A stretch of 64,000 nt of DNA from Candidatus Poribacteria bacterium. Its GTDB lineage: Bacteria > Poribacteria > WGA-4E > WGA-3G. Made by a program: the position numbers and the translations under genes. Position 1 is the stretch's first letter, and every line of letters starts with the position of its first letter. The notes under the pieces were generated by a model. That model made no database searches. It had not been told where the DNA came from and was given only the letters and a program-made list of their open reading frames with translations. Shown here one piece after another: positions 10,396 through 20,106 of this stretch. Location: NCBI GenBank assembly GCA_965214095.1, contig OZ243938.1, positions 4,128,001 through 4,192,000 on the forward strand. The letters are read 5' to 3'.

Positions 10396-11226
10396 CTATT
10401 GGTTTTCTGGTTCTACACTTTCCTCTTGTAATCCAAAAGGTTCTGTTAACCAATTTACAAATGCATCCGCATTTTCAAAAAATGAACGCATCAATGCGAA
10501 TTCTTCTGGTGTTGTAATTGCCGACATAAGATAACCTTCTTGTAGTCCGTAACTCTGGATACGGGATTTCCATGCTCTGTGAAACACTGCATTGTCTTCC
10601 ACCATTACTGCAGAAACTATACCCATCTTAATGATTTTGGACGAAAACCCACCGGTGTCAGAACTATTCTCCATTAATGGTTCGACCAAATGTTTTTGTA
10701 ATAAATCATTAAATTCTTTACTGGTATTTGCTTGGGTTTTGCCATCCCTACCCCATTCACGAAGTCTGTAATAGAAGTCTAACCAAATATTTTGGGTTAC
10801 CTCTCCAATGTCAGTTTCAAGAAACTGCGAGAGCCTTGACAAAACAACAGCTTTGTGATTCTGTGTTGGCATCATATTGATAAACGCAGCGTACTCGGAA
10901 TAATCTTCTCCATCTTGTAAATTCAAATATGTTAGATATGGCTCCGTAGATAACATGCTTTCTAATTCGTCTGGTTTTTCTGTTGTAGATATTTCAATAT
11001 GTTCCTTTAGTATTATTAAATAGAGTCTTTGTTGTTCTTCGTTAAGCGGAGTGTTAGCATACTGTCTGATTGAAATTGTATATTCCTCGTGTTTTTCTTG
11101 CATCTTGCCGAATTCTTGGACTATATCAACAATCCAAGGCACTACGAAGATTAAGCCAACAATTAGCAACAAGACTCCAATAATAGTTAGTATTAAACAT
11201 GTTGGTTTTTTCATTGGATTCTCCAA
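10396..11226 (-). CDS. Hypothetical protein with N-terminal membrane anchor
   Basis: Long ORF with one hydrophobic N-terminal helix and no recognisable family. Confidence 0.7.
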   Translation of the reverse strand: MENPMKKPTCLILTIIGVLLLIVGLIFVVPWIVDIVQEFGKMQEKHEEYTISIRQYANTPLNEEQQRLYLIILKEHIEISTTEKPDELESMLSTEPYLTYLNLQDGEDYSEYAAFINMMPTQNHKAVVLSRLSQFLETDIGEVTQNIWLDFYYRLREWGRDGKTQANTSKEFNDLLQKHLVEPLMENSSDTGGFSSKIIKMGIVSAVMVEDNAVFHRAWKSRIQSYGLQEGYLMSAITTPEEFALMRSFFENADAFVNWLTEPFGLQEESVEPENQ

Positions 11227-11393
11227 TTTTGTTTTATTCTATCGTAGCATCTTTGAGTCCAAATATCAATGATTATTGTGAAAGGATCGAAATGTGGCAA
11301 TCACAATATATGGTTTGGAACGATAGCACCCATGCAAGGCATTACCACCGTCCCAAATGTGTTTACTTAAGAATGCATTTCCTTGAGCATATA

Positions 11394-13235
11394 CTATTGC
11401 ATCTGTCCGCCACCAAAAAACATTCCAAACATCTGTACAAGTTGCCTAAAATCACCGAGAGACAGGAGCAATTTAGCGTCAATACCATTGTTCTCTGTTT
11501 TTGCGGAAACACCGATGCTGTAATTATCAGGGAGATTCATAAATATCACCATAAACATTTGCAATGCACCTGCACTTTCTGGATCTATCTTACCTAATAT
11601 CGGCATAAAGTGTTTTATTGCGATTATTGGAGATATAGCCAAAAAAATGTTGTTGTCTGTTCCCAAACTTTCTACAAGTCTTTCATAACTTGGATTACCA
11701 GAAAATTTATCACCTTCATCAGTTCTATTATCCAAAGCTGCCTTGATGGATTCGTCACCAGTACCTGTTGTAAAATAGAGATGTCCATCTGTAAACGCAT
11801 AATTCCAGTGCCATTCAGCTGGAACTAAATCAGCATCCATGGGAAGATCGTCTTGATTAGGCATTTCAAGCTTAGGAAAGATGAAGTTTTTTATCTCTAC
11901 ACCGTTATGCATTATTGCCTCACCTGCATAAGCATCGTAATGCGAATGGAGTTTTTCTAAGAACTCGTCATTCATAAATGAATGTGCACTCTCTTCATCT
12001 TTCAATTCATAGACAAAAAGATAATTTGGAATAAGATAGTCTTTAAAGTCAACAGACATATTCCACCGATCCGCTAATGATTCATAATGGTTTTTGACTT
12101 CTTGAAAAAGTGGATTCAACTCCTTCTGTTGACCTGGTGTGTCTTTGGGTAAAACATCAAACCAAAAAGTACTGAATGCAACCAATATATTCGGCACACC
12201 TTGAAATGCACTATTCAATATACTCACGTTTGGCAATACACCGATGTTAGTCAATTCATTTGATGTTTCATTTATATTCTTTAGCAAAGCACTATCATTT
12301 TTGAATTTCATGAACGGCTTGAATTGAATGTCAGTATCTTTTACTTGTAGTGAAACACTTATATAATTTAACTGATCAAGAAAACCTGCTACACTGCTAA
12401 TCCATCTCTCAATTGGAGGAACAAGTTCAGCAGTCATTGGATTGTTTTGTAACTCAAGACTCTCAGTGAGCCCGCTCAATAACACATCAATTGAACCACC
12501 AAATTGCGAAGCAATAGTTTCAAGTTTCAAATAAATGTTAACTTGATCGGTTCCGTTCAAAATCTCTGCGGGAAACATATTGCTATCAGCATTCTGTATG
12601 ATTGATGCTGCTTTGTCGTTATGTGTATCAATTATGCTATTACATATATCTGCATGTTGTGAAAAGATGAGAGTGTCTCCCAATATAAGAAAATTCCCAC
12701 TGCCATCTGGCGTGCTCCAATAGGTTACACCTTCATATATTATCGGTTCGCTATCAGCAGCTTCAGTTTCTATGACCTGCATTATCGCATCAGGATCAGT
12801 TAAATGTATCGCGGCACTGACATGTAAGGGCTGCATACCACCGACTTGCATCGGTTCTAAGTAGAAAACGGCAAAATCTCTGTTAATATCCAATCCAATT
12901 TCTTCTAATTCGTCCAACCTTTCAAAACCTGCTCCAAATGATCCCGCTAATATTTGTGCCAGAAAATTAGATTGACCTAATTGTGGCATTAAATCATCAA
13001 TCATCATCCTAATTCTATTGTCCAACTCATTCAGACTTGGACAATAAATGAGTCCTAAAGTGTTCTCTGGGACTAAGTTTAGAACACTTCCATCTGGGAC
13101 AGCAATTTTTTTCGTATCCACATCTGAGTTTAGTTGTTCAGATTGTGCGATCGTTGGGATAGTCAAACCGAAAGAAAGAGAGAACATTAGGACTATCAAA
13201 GTGATGAAGGATTGTCGTGTAACTTTATTAAACAT
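11394..13235 (-). CDS. Secreted hypothetical protein (possibly DUF3352-like)
   Basis: 613-aa ORF with signal peptide and AAGGAG RBS. The family assignment is tentative. Confidence 0.7.
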   Translation of the reverse strand: MFNKVTRQSFITLIVLMFSLSFGLTIPTIAQSEQLNSDVDTKKIAVPDGSVLNLVPENTLGLIYCPSLNELDNRIRMMIDDLMPQLGQSNFLAQILAGSFGAGFERLDELEEIGLDINRDFAVFYLEPMQVGGMQPLHVSAAIHLTDPDAIMQVIETEAADSEPIIYEGVTYWSTPDGSGNFLILGDTLIFSQHADICNSIIDTHNDKAASIIQNADSNMFPAEILNGTDQVNIYLKLETIASQFGGSIDVLLSGLTESLELQNNPMTAELVPPIERWISSVAGFLDQLNYISVSLQVKDTDIQFKPFMKFKNDSALLKNINETSNELTNIGVLPNVSILNSAFQGVPNILVAFSTFWFDVLPKDTPGQQKELNPLFQEVKNHYESLADRWNMSVDFKDYLIPNYLFVYELKDEESAHSFMNDEFLEKLHSHYDAYAGEAIMHNGVEIKNFIFPKLEMPNQDDLPMDADLVPAEWHWNYAFTDGHLYFTTGTGDESIKAALDNRTDEGDKFSGNPSYERLVESLGTDNNIFLAISPIIAIKHFMPILGKIDPESAGALQMFMVIFMNLPDNYSIGVSAKTENNGIDAKLLLSLGDFRQLVQMFGMFFGGGQMQ

Positions 13236-13289
13236 AGTTATTGCTCCTTGATTAAGTTTATGAGATTATATCATATTTCTTGTGTGCAA

Positions 13290-16214
13290 TCATCTGTTTT
13301 CCATATCAATAGGAATATGAAATATACCACGGTTCTTTGTTGCAATGTAAAAACGATCCTCATGTATTACAAGTTTACTAACTTGATCTGGAACCTCTGA
13401 GGATACCTTTACCCATACATCCTGTTCATCCAAATAGTATATTCCAGAATTATTGACACCATATATTGTAGTTCCCTTGACTGCTAAACTCACAATTTCT
13501 ATTGTTGAATCTGTATCATCTGTTAACACATTCCACGTGTCACCGGTTTGTGTATATAACACACCTTTGTCAGTTACAACATAAACTGCTGTGTCTACAA
13601 AGACAATGTCTCTGATGTGCTTATACGTCAGAGGCAGGTGAGTAGTAATCTCTATCCAATTTTCTCCGTCATCATTAGACTGAAATAAGTGACCGTCATC
13701 TTTACTAACATAAACTGTTTTACCATTTACAGCAAGACTGCCTCTGAAAAAACTAAAATCTTCACCTGTATTAAATCCAGTATCAATCCATTCAGAATGA
13801 CCGACGTAACTTTTAAATAGTCTACCATCACGTTCCACGTAGAATATATTACCAGAAACAGCAAGTCCTCCAATTGTAACAACATTGAGCATTGCCTGTA
13901 AATTCCGATATTGATCTGTCAATGCTTCAGTTTCTGTGGGGCCATTAGCAATGATTGATGCATCACTTTCTCCACTAGTTCTGATAAAGTTTTCGTTTGG
14001 TATGTACCCACTAATTGGTGGTAATCCTTCAACAGGAACTAATATTTCGTTGTTTGCAGAGAGACTGGCAATTCTCCACCTATTATCTACATCACGGGAA
14101 AAGGCGTAAAAGGTGTCGTTTGCAACCAATATATAAGGAAATAGGAAAAGACGAGTATTACCTGAATCATCAATCATATTTGTCCAAGTTTGTCCACCAT
14201 CAGAGGAACAAATCACCTCAAAACCGGAATGTGCGTATAGACGATCTTTGTATGACACTAAACGGTTTAGCTGGTTGCCTACAATCCCTTTCATAAATGG
14301 TTGCCACGATTCACCACCATCTGTTGTACGTTGTAGTTTGTAGAAACTTCCCTTAATGAAAGTGTCTTCATTTATTGCAAGAAAAGTAGAATGTATTCCA
14401 CCTGCTGAATCAATACTATATCCGAGATCTGTCCAGGTTTCACCTCTATCATGGGAACGGTAACTATTACCCAAACCAAATGCAATTAGTGTCTCTCCTG
14501 CTGCCAAGACACTTCCTCCCAATTTATTGCTCCCCGGAAGTAAGTCAACAATGCCTCTTTTTTTAGGTGATATTTTTTGCCATGAATCTCCCAAGTTATC
14601 TGAACGAAATATCTCCCACTTATTTGAAGTTTCCTTACGCATTATCTCTCGTATTAACTTGGTTTTCAACTCATCTTGTGTGAACTCGGTGTCGTTAGGT
14701 GTTGTCACTACATATATCGTCCTCTCAGTAACTGCCATTGAACCTATTGTTCTGAAAGTGCCCACAGTTAACTGTTCCCATCTATCAGACTTAAGTCGGA
14801 AGACTCCACGATCCGTACCGACAAAGATAGTATTCCCAATAGCTGCTGCAGTAGTAATTTCTCTATTCTGTATACCATCGATAAACAGTCCCCAATTTTT
14901 GCCGACATCCATGGAAATGAAGATCTTATCATCTATCACAAGGTAGAACTTTTCTTCAATTACGAACAATTCAATTGCTGTTCCACTTGGCCGTGAACCG
15001 ATAGAATTCCAAGTTATGCCACTATCTTTGGAAGCATAAATAGCATCCTCTGATACGATATATAGCACACCTTCCCATTCAGTCATAGGCATTTTATAGT
15101 ATGTATCAGATGGGACAGTATTGTTGAGTAGCACCCACTCACTGTTATCTTCTGTCATTTTATAGATACCTGTGGGTGAAACAACGATGAGATTTCCATC
15201 AGATGTCTGAAAAATCTCATTTACGTTTCCTTCTCCTGGACTTCTTGTCTGTGTCAAATTGTGGTTGAGAATAGAATCGTTGGACGGATCCCCTTGGTTT
15301 TCCGAGACTAAAACGGCTTCAGTTTCTTCTTTATTGGAACCATTGTTGTTTCCTATAACTATATTAGCATTTCGTTTCTGTATTTCAGGTTTCGGTTGGA
15401 TATCAAGGATAATAGGCGAATCAACGATCTCAATGCTGGTTTCTGACTGTGCATCTAAATCGTAAGGAATCTGAAAGAGAGTCAATAATTGATTACCCAC
15501 TCCCATCAGCAGAATTGCCAAAACAGCCACTGAACCTAACGCTGCCCAAGGTAACAAGGGTTTGGCGTTTACAGGTGCCGTTACTTCAATGCTATCAATC
15601 TGATCCATAATGTTCTGAGTAAAGTTGTTTGGCAGTTGTACACTCCCCAACGTTTCACGAATCATCAGTTCTTCCTCCTTCAGACGTTTCCGAGCTCGTC
15701 GTAGGCGACTTTTAATCGTATTTACGGATACACCTAAAAACCTACCAATTGCTTCTGATGTCATCTCACCGAGATAGTGTAGTGTAACAACTGTCCGTTC
15801 ACTCTCAGGCAATTTCTCAAGAAGTTTTCTTACAAGTTCGCGACGATGTTCAGCAGATGCTTTCTCTCGTTGTTCAACCAAATATCGTTCATAGTCAGTT
15901 TTTTCCAATAACGTTGTATCGGTGGCATCTAACGATTGCATAGCAGGTTTCTTCCTTCTGTGCCAGTCGAGGCAAAGGTTGTTGGTGATTACATATAACC
16001 ATCCGGCAAACTGATTCGGATTCTTTAGTGTCGCAAGTTTCTTGTATGCTTGTAGAAAGGCATCTTGGGCAATTTCTTCGGCTACCTGAAAATCTTCCAT
16101 CTTCCGCCACGCGAGTGCATGAACACTCTTTTGATATTTATTAACTAAGTCACTGAACGCTGAATCATCACCTAACAAGATACTTCGAATCAGTTCAACA
16201 TCGTTTCTTTCCAT
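13290..16214 (-). CDS. ECF sigma-70 factor with TM helix and large C-terminal BNR/beta-propeller extension
   Basis: Sigma region 2 (AEEIAQDAFLQAYKKL...FAGWLYVITNNLCLD), region 4 (LPESERTVVTLHY...SVNTIKSRLRRARKRLK), TM WAALGSVAVLAILLMG, and multiple S-x-D-x-G-x-[TS]-W Asp-box repeats. GGAGG RBS before ATG 16214. Confidence 0.9.
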   Translation of the reverse strand: MERNDVELIRSILLGDDSAFSDLVNKYQKSVHALAWRKMEDFQVAEEIAQDAFLQAYKKLATLKNPNQFAGWLYVITNNLCLDWHRRKKPAMQSLDATDTTLLEKTDYERYLVEQREKASAEHRRELVRKLLEKLPESERTVVTLHYLGEMTSEAIGRFLGVSVNTIKSRLRRARKRLKEEELMIRETLGSVQLPNNFTQNIMDQIDSIEVTAPVNAKPLLPWAALGSVAVLAILLMGVGNQLLTLFQIPYDLDAQSETSIEIVDSPIILDIQPKPEIQKRNANIVIGNNNGSNKEETEAVLVSENQGDPSNDSILNHNLTQTRSPGEGNVNEIFQTSDGNLIVVSPTGIYKMTEDNSEWVLLNNTVPSDTYYKMPMTEWEGVLYIVSEDAIYASKDSGITWNSIGSRPSGTAIELFVIEEKFYLVIDDKIFISMDVGKNWGLFIDGIQNREITTAAAIGNTIFVGTDRGVFRLKSDRWEQLTVGTFRTIGSMAVTERTIYVVTTPNDTEFTQDELKTKLIREIMRKETSNKWEIFRSDNLGDSWQKISPKKRGIVDLLPGSNKLGGSVLAAGETLIAFGLGNSYRSHDRGETWTDLGYSIDSAGGIHSTFLAINEDTFIKGSFYKLQRTTDGGESWQPFMKGIVGNQLNRLVSYKDRLYAHSGFEVICSSDGGQTWTNMIDDSGNTRLFLFPYILVANDTFYAFSRDVDNRWRIASLSANNEILVPVEGLPPISGYIPNENFIRTSGESDASIIANGPTETEALTDQYRNLQAMLNVVTIGGLAVSGNIFYVERDGRLFKSYVGHSEWIDTGFNTGEDFSFFRGSLAVNGKTVYVSKDDGHLFQSNDDGENWIEITTHLPLTYKHIRDIVFVDTAVYVVTDKGVLYTQTGDTWNVLTDDTDSTIEIVSLAVKGTTIYGVNNSGIYYLDEQDVWVKVSSEVPDQVSKLVIHEDRFYIATKNRGIFHIPIDMENR

Positions 16215-16250
16215 CGGAATCCTCCACCATAAAAAGTCTACGATTATTAG

Positions 16251-16279
16251 TGACGTAATTTTGTTGGCAAAAAGGTGCA
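16251..16279 (-). promoter_or_regulatory. Putative ECF-type (auto)promoter
   Basis: TGCACC-N18-CGTCA just upstream of the ECF gene resembles ECF -35/-10 elements. Confidence 0.35.
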
Positions 16280-16430
16280 AAAAATCAAAAAAAATGAATT
16301 AATCTTGAAAATGTCTGATTATAAATCGAATAATAGGTTGCAACCAAAATACAATAGACCTACTATATGGGTTGTATTCTTGATTAAATTACACTTGACA
16401 CAACCTGAACATACATATATATTAAACCAC

Positions 16431-17087
16431 ATGATGAAACTCATATCCATAAATGTTTCAAAACCGAAACCTATAGAATACAACGGGAAAACCATACATA
16501 CAGGTATCTTCAAGGAACCAGTTTCCGGATCCGTAATGCTTAGAAAAAACAACATAGATGGGGACGGTCAGGGAGATCTAAAGGTGCATGGCGGTACCTA
16601 TAAAGCCATCTACGGATATCCTTATGAACATTATCCACATTGGCAGCAAGAATTGAATAGAGATGATCTATCGTATGGACAATTCGGGGAAAACCTTACT
16701 GTTTCAGGTATGTTGGAAGAAGAAATCCATATCGGTGATGTCTTTCAAATTGGTTCAGATGTCAAGCTACAGATTACGCAACCACGCGTGCCTTGTTTCA
16801 AACTGGGGTACAAGATGGGATTACCAGAATTCCCGAAACAGTTTCTTGAAAGTAGACGTGTTGGATTTTATTTCAGAGTATTGGAAGAAGGGGTTATTAC
16901 TGCAGATGATCTAATTTCTTGCATTGATGTTGCTTCAGAACAGATGAGCGTAACAGAGATACTCAACCTACGTTTCTTTGATACAAGCAATCATGAACAG
17001 ATAGATAAAGCCAGAAAACTTCCCGCTCTATCACCGAGTTGGAAAAAGGATTTTATTCGAATCCTGCAAACGAAAGATTTAATTTAG
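16431..17087 (+). CDS. MOSC-domain protein (YiiM-like) with 3-alpha domain
   Basis: TGIFKEPV, GDGQGDLKVHGG..KAIY, FGENLT, QITQPRVPCFKL, GFYFRVLEEG. Confidence 0.9.
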   Translation: MMKLISINVSKPKPIEYNGKTIHTGIFKEPVSGSVMLRKNNIDGDGQGDLKVHGGTYKAIYGYPYEHYPHWQQELNRDDLSYGQFGENLTVSGMLEEEIHIGDVFQIGSDVKLQITQPRVPCFKLGYKMGLPEFPKQFLESRRVGFYFRVLEEGVITADDLISCIDVASEQMSVTEILNLRFFDTSNHEQIDKARKLPALSPSWKKDFIRILQTKDLI

Positions 17088-17091
17088 AAAA

Positions 17092-17874
17092 ATGAATATA
17101 TTCATAACAGACACCAAACAAGCTACCAGTAAAGTAGCAGCATTCGTGGCAAGTACAACACTGAAAGAAGCCATTCACACCAACGGACATGCTTCCTTCA
17201 TTGTCGCTACAGGCGCATCACAATTTGATTTTTTGGGTGCATTAACTGATGATAAAGAAATTGACTGGACAAAAACAACGATGTTCCATCTGGACGAATA
17301 CATTGGTATTTCGGACACACATCCTGCCAGTTTTAGGAAATATCTTAATGAACGTTTAGTAGATGTAGTTCATCCGGGAACAGTACATTTCCTTAATGGT
17401 GAAGTTGATGATCCTCAAGTAGAATGTAATAGACTGAATCAGATAATCACTCAAAAACAGATTGATGCAGCATTTGTTGGAATCGGTGAGAATGGACACC
17501 TTGCTTTTAACGATCCTCCTGCTGATTTTGAGACTGAAGACCCATATATTGTGGTTGAATTAGATGAAGACTGCCGTATGCAGCAAGTTGGAGAACGATG
17601 GTTCAATGGGTTAGACGATGTACCGACCCATGCTATTTCAATGTCTATTCGTCAAATTATGAAGTCAAAGACTATTATATGTACAGTACCAGATGAACGT
17701 AAAGCAGAAGCGGTACAGAATTGTGTATCTGGTGGGATTACACAAATGCATCCCGCATCTATCTTGCAAACACATCCTGATTGCACAGTTTTTCTGGATA
17801 CAGGATCGGCATCTAAATTATATGGACTACAAGCACATCTTACAAACCCCGCACTTGTAAAGATTGTCAATTAA
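17092..17874 (+). CDS. nagB: Glucosamine-6-phosphate deaminase family protein
   Basis: ATGASQ, FHLDEYIG..HPASFRKYL, GIGENGHLAFNDPP, PASILQTH. Confidence 0.85.
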   Translation: MNIFITDTKQATSKVAAFVASTTLKEAIHTNGHASFIVATGASQFDFLGALTDDKEIDWTKTTMFHLDEYIGISDTHPASFRKYLNERLVDVVHPGTVHFLNGEVDDPQVECNRLNQIITQKQIDAAFVGIGENGHLAFNDPPADFETEDPYIVVELDEDCRMQQVGERWFNGLDDVPTHAISMSIRQIMKSKTIICTVPDERKAEAVQNCVSGGITQMHPASILQTHPDCTVFLDTGSASKLYGLQAHLTNPALVKIVN

Positions 17875-18028
17875 CAGGATATTATGATCTGTTCTTACGT
17901 TACAGTAAGTTCTCTTTAGGGTAACATTAGATGAAATTTGACCTGAGAGGTAGAGGATTGACCGATGGATGAGTTTCAATCCATCATCTGTTACGATTAT
18001 CCCAGAAAATGTACATTAGGAGAATTGG

Positions 18029-18910
18029 ATGCCTACACCAAATATTCATACCGAACTCACAGCACAACAAAAACAACAATTCCACGAAGATGGATTCCTG
18101 CTCGTTAAGAATCTGTTACCGATGACAGCACTTCAACCCCTGATGGATGAACTTTCTGACAAGGTAGAGGAAGGCACACAGGCAGCAGTCAAAGCAGACG
18201 TGCTTGATGCATCTAAAACGTATGATGACGAACCGTTTGAAACGAGATTAGGCTTGGTTTCTCACGCCTGTGCCGATCCAAACTGGATTTGGCGGAATAG
18301 TTTCAGCCATCAGAAAATTCGGACTGCTGGCATGTACACGCTCAGAACTGCTCCTGAATTGCTTGATGTTGTTGGTTCCCTCATTGGACAAGAAATATTA
18401 GCGCATCCACAGTTCAATTTCCGTGCTAAACTACCCAAACAAGATATTACTGTAATTCCATGGCATCAAGACCTTGCGTATCTAATACCTGAAGAGGCGG
18501 GGCAGACTTTGGTAGTAAATGTATGGTTGCCTTTGGCGAGGGCATACAAGGAGAACGGATGCATGCAAGTTATACGCGGTTCACACCGTTACAATCTCAT
18601 CCCACACAACTACAATGACCCAACACCCGGTCATACGGGTGGAAAAGGTATCAGTGATCAAGAATTACCTCCTGGAGACATTGTCACTACCGAACTTGAT
18701 GTGGGAGATATCTTACTTACGAGTGAACGGGTTGTACACCGTGGATTACCGAACACAGGCAATACGGTCAGATGGAGTGTTGATACGCGGTATAGTCAGA
18801 TTGGTCTACCAACTGGACGTGCACATGTGCCAGGGTTCATTGCACGAAGTCAGAAAAATCCAGAGAGTGTTGCCAAATCCCATCATGATTGGAATCGCCA
18901 ATTTGTGTAG
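18029..18910 (+). CDS. Phytanoyl-CoA dioxygenase (PhyH) family Fe(II)/2OG enzyme
   Basis: QFHEDGFL, PWHQD, NVWLPL...ENGCMQVIRGSH, HRG.PN...RWS. Confidence 0.9.
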   Translation: MPTPNIHTELTAQQKQQFHEDGFLLVKNLLPMTALQPLMDELSDKVEEGTQAAVKADVLDASKTYDDEPFETRLGLVSHACADPNWIWRNSFSHQKIRTAGMYTLRTAPELLDVVGSLIGQEILAHPQFNFRAKLPKQDITVIPWHQDLAYLIPEEAGQTLVVNVWLPLARAYKENGCMQVIRGSHRYNLIPHNYNDPTPGHTGGKGISDQELPPGDIVTTELDVGDILLTSERVVHRGLPNTGNTVRWSVDTRYSQIGLPTGRAHVPGFIARSQKNPESVAKSHHDWNRQFV

Positions 18911-18965
18911 GTATCAATGAAACTTGTCAGATGTCTTCCTGCTTCCTACGTACGTTATTGTTCAA

Positions 18966-19186
18966 CAGGGTTGTTTAGTTTTCGGTCTTTCTTGTGTTCT
19001 TTTTACAAATGCTAAATACCTCAAGCCGGTAGGTGCGGTTTCCTAACCGCACCGAATTTGTGTGAAAACCTTTCATAGTCAGTTCCTTGTAAGTTCCAGT
19101 GCGGTTGGGAAACCGCACCTACCGTCCTGGGTACTAACTTTCAGTAACTTTCTATTTTGGAAAGTACTTAAAACTAAATAGTCCTG
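18966..19186. mobile_element. 221-bp MITE with CAGG termini, 9-bp TSD and an internal REP doublet
   Basis: Terminal inverted repeats CAGGGTTGTTTAGTTTT / AAAACTAAATAGTCCTG. ATTGTTCAA duplicated at 18957-18965 and 19187-19195. Inverted GTAG REP pair at 19027-19054 and 19097-19124. Confidence 0.85.
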
Positions 19187-19277
19187 ATTGTTCAAGAATA
19201 ACTCTTTACATATTTCGCACTTTCTGATATGTTGATTATATCAATAACTAAATAAATTCTTATAGGAGGAATAATCA

Positions 19278-20027
19278 ATGTATCGAATGATATTTACGTT
19301 AATCATCATTACCACAATGCTGGTGCTACCACACCATACAGATGCGTTTAAACTAAAGGATGAGGAACTGATGCTCTATTTTTCTTTTGATGATGACAAA
19401 GGAAATACAGTGAAAGACCTTTCTACCCACAAAAACGATGGTGAAATTGTCGGAACAGTTGATTTTGTTGAAGGCAAGGTTGGGCAGGCAATAAAGTTCA
19501 CCTCAGCTGGTGAGGTAAAGGCACCACATATCTCTATAAACGACAAAAGTTTCACAGTGACTTTGTGGGCAAACCCAATGTTGGTAGGTGGAGATCAGCA
19601 ATGTGTTTTCACACAGACCCAAGTAAACGGAGCGAATACAAGTCTGCACTATCGGATTTACAACAATGGCACTGTCCGTATGGGATTTTATGGTAATGAT
19701 CTTGTTGCAGCTGCAGCAGTGAAAGCGAATGAATGGGCGCATATCTGTTTCTGGTGTGATGCTGATTCAAATACCAGAAGAATCTATATCAACGGTGAAC
19801 AGAAAGCTCAAGATCAAGGTAAATCACTCTACAAAGGAACTTCAGGGGATACAATGGTCGGTTCGTGGGGAGCAACTGGTCAAAAGTTCAACGGTCTCAT
19901 TGATGAAGTGATGGTGTGGGATCGTGCCTTGGATGAAAACGAAATTGAATTCAGTATGGATCCGAGTTCAGCAGATGTTGAGGCAAGTGGTAAATTGACA
20001 ACGACTTGGGCACGTATTAAGAAGTAG
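19278..20027 (+). CDS. Secreted LamG-like jellyroll protein with conserved C-terminal tail
   Basis: Signal peptide, LYFSFDD, GKVGQAIKF, FNGLIDEVMVWDRAL, and C-terminal KLTTTWARIKK. Confidence 0.85.
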   Translation: MYRMIFTLIIITTMLVLPHHTDAFKLKDEELMLYFSFDDDKGNTVKDLSTHKNDGEIVGTVDFVEGKVGQAIKFTSAGEVKAPHISINDKSFTVTLWANPMLVGGDQQCVFTQTQVNGANTSLHYRIYNNGTVRMGFYGNDLVAAAAVKANEWAHICFWCDADSNTRRIYINGEQKAQDQGKSLYKGTSGDTMVGSWGATGQKFNGLIDEVMVWDRALDENEIEFSMDPSSADVEASGKLTTTWARIKK

Positions 20028-20060
20028 TATTAGTTTTCACACCTTTCTAATAATATTGTA

Positions 20061-20084
20061 ATGCGGGGACTCTGTGCCCCGCAT
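20061..20084. terminator. Hairpin between convergent genes (possible bidirectional terminator)
   Basis: ATGCGGGG-ACTCTGTG-CCCCGCAT. Confidence 0.5.
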
Positions 20085-20106
20085 ATTACTGTTCGCAATC
20101 TTATCA

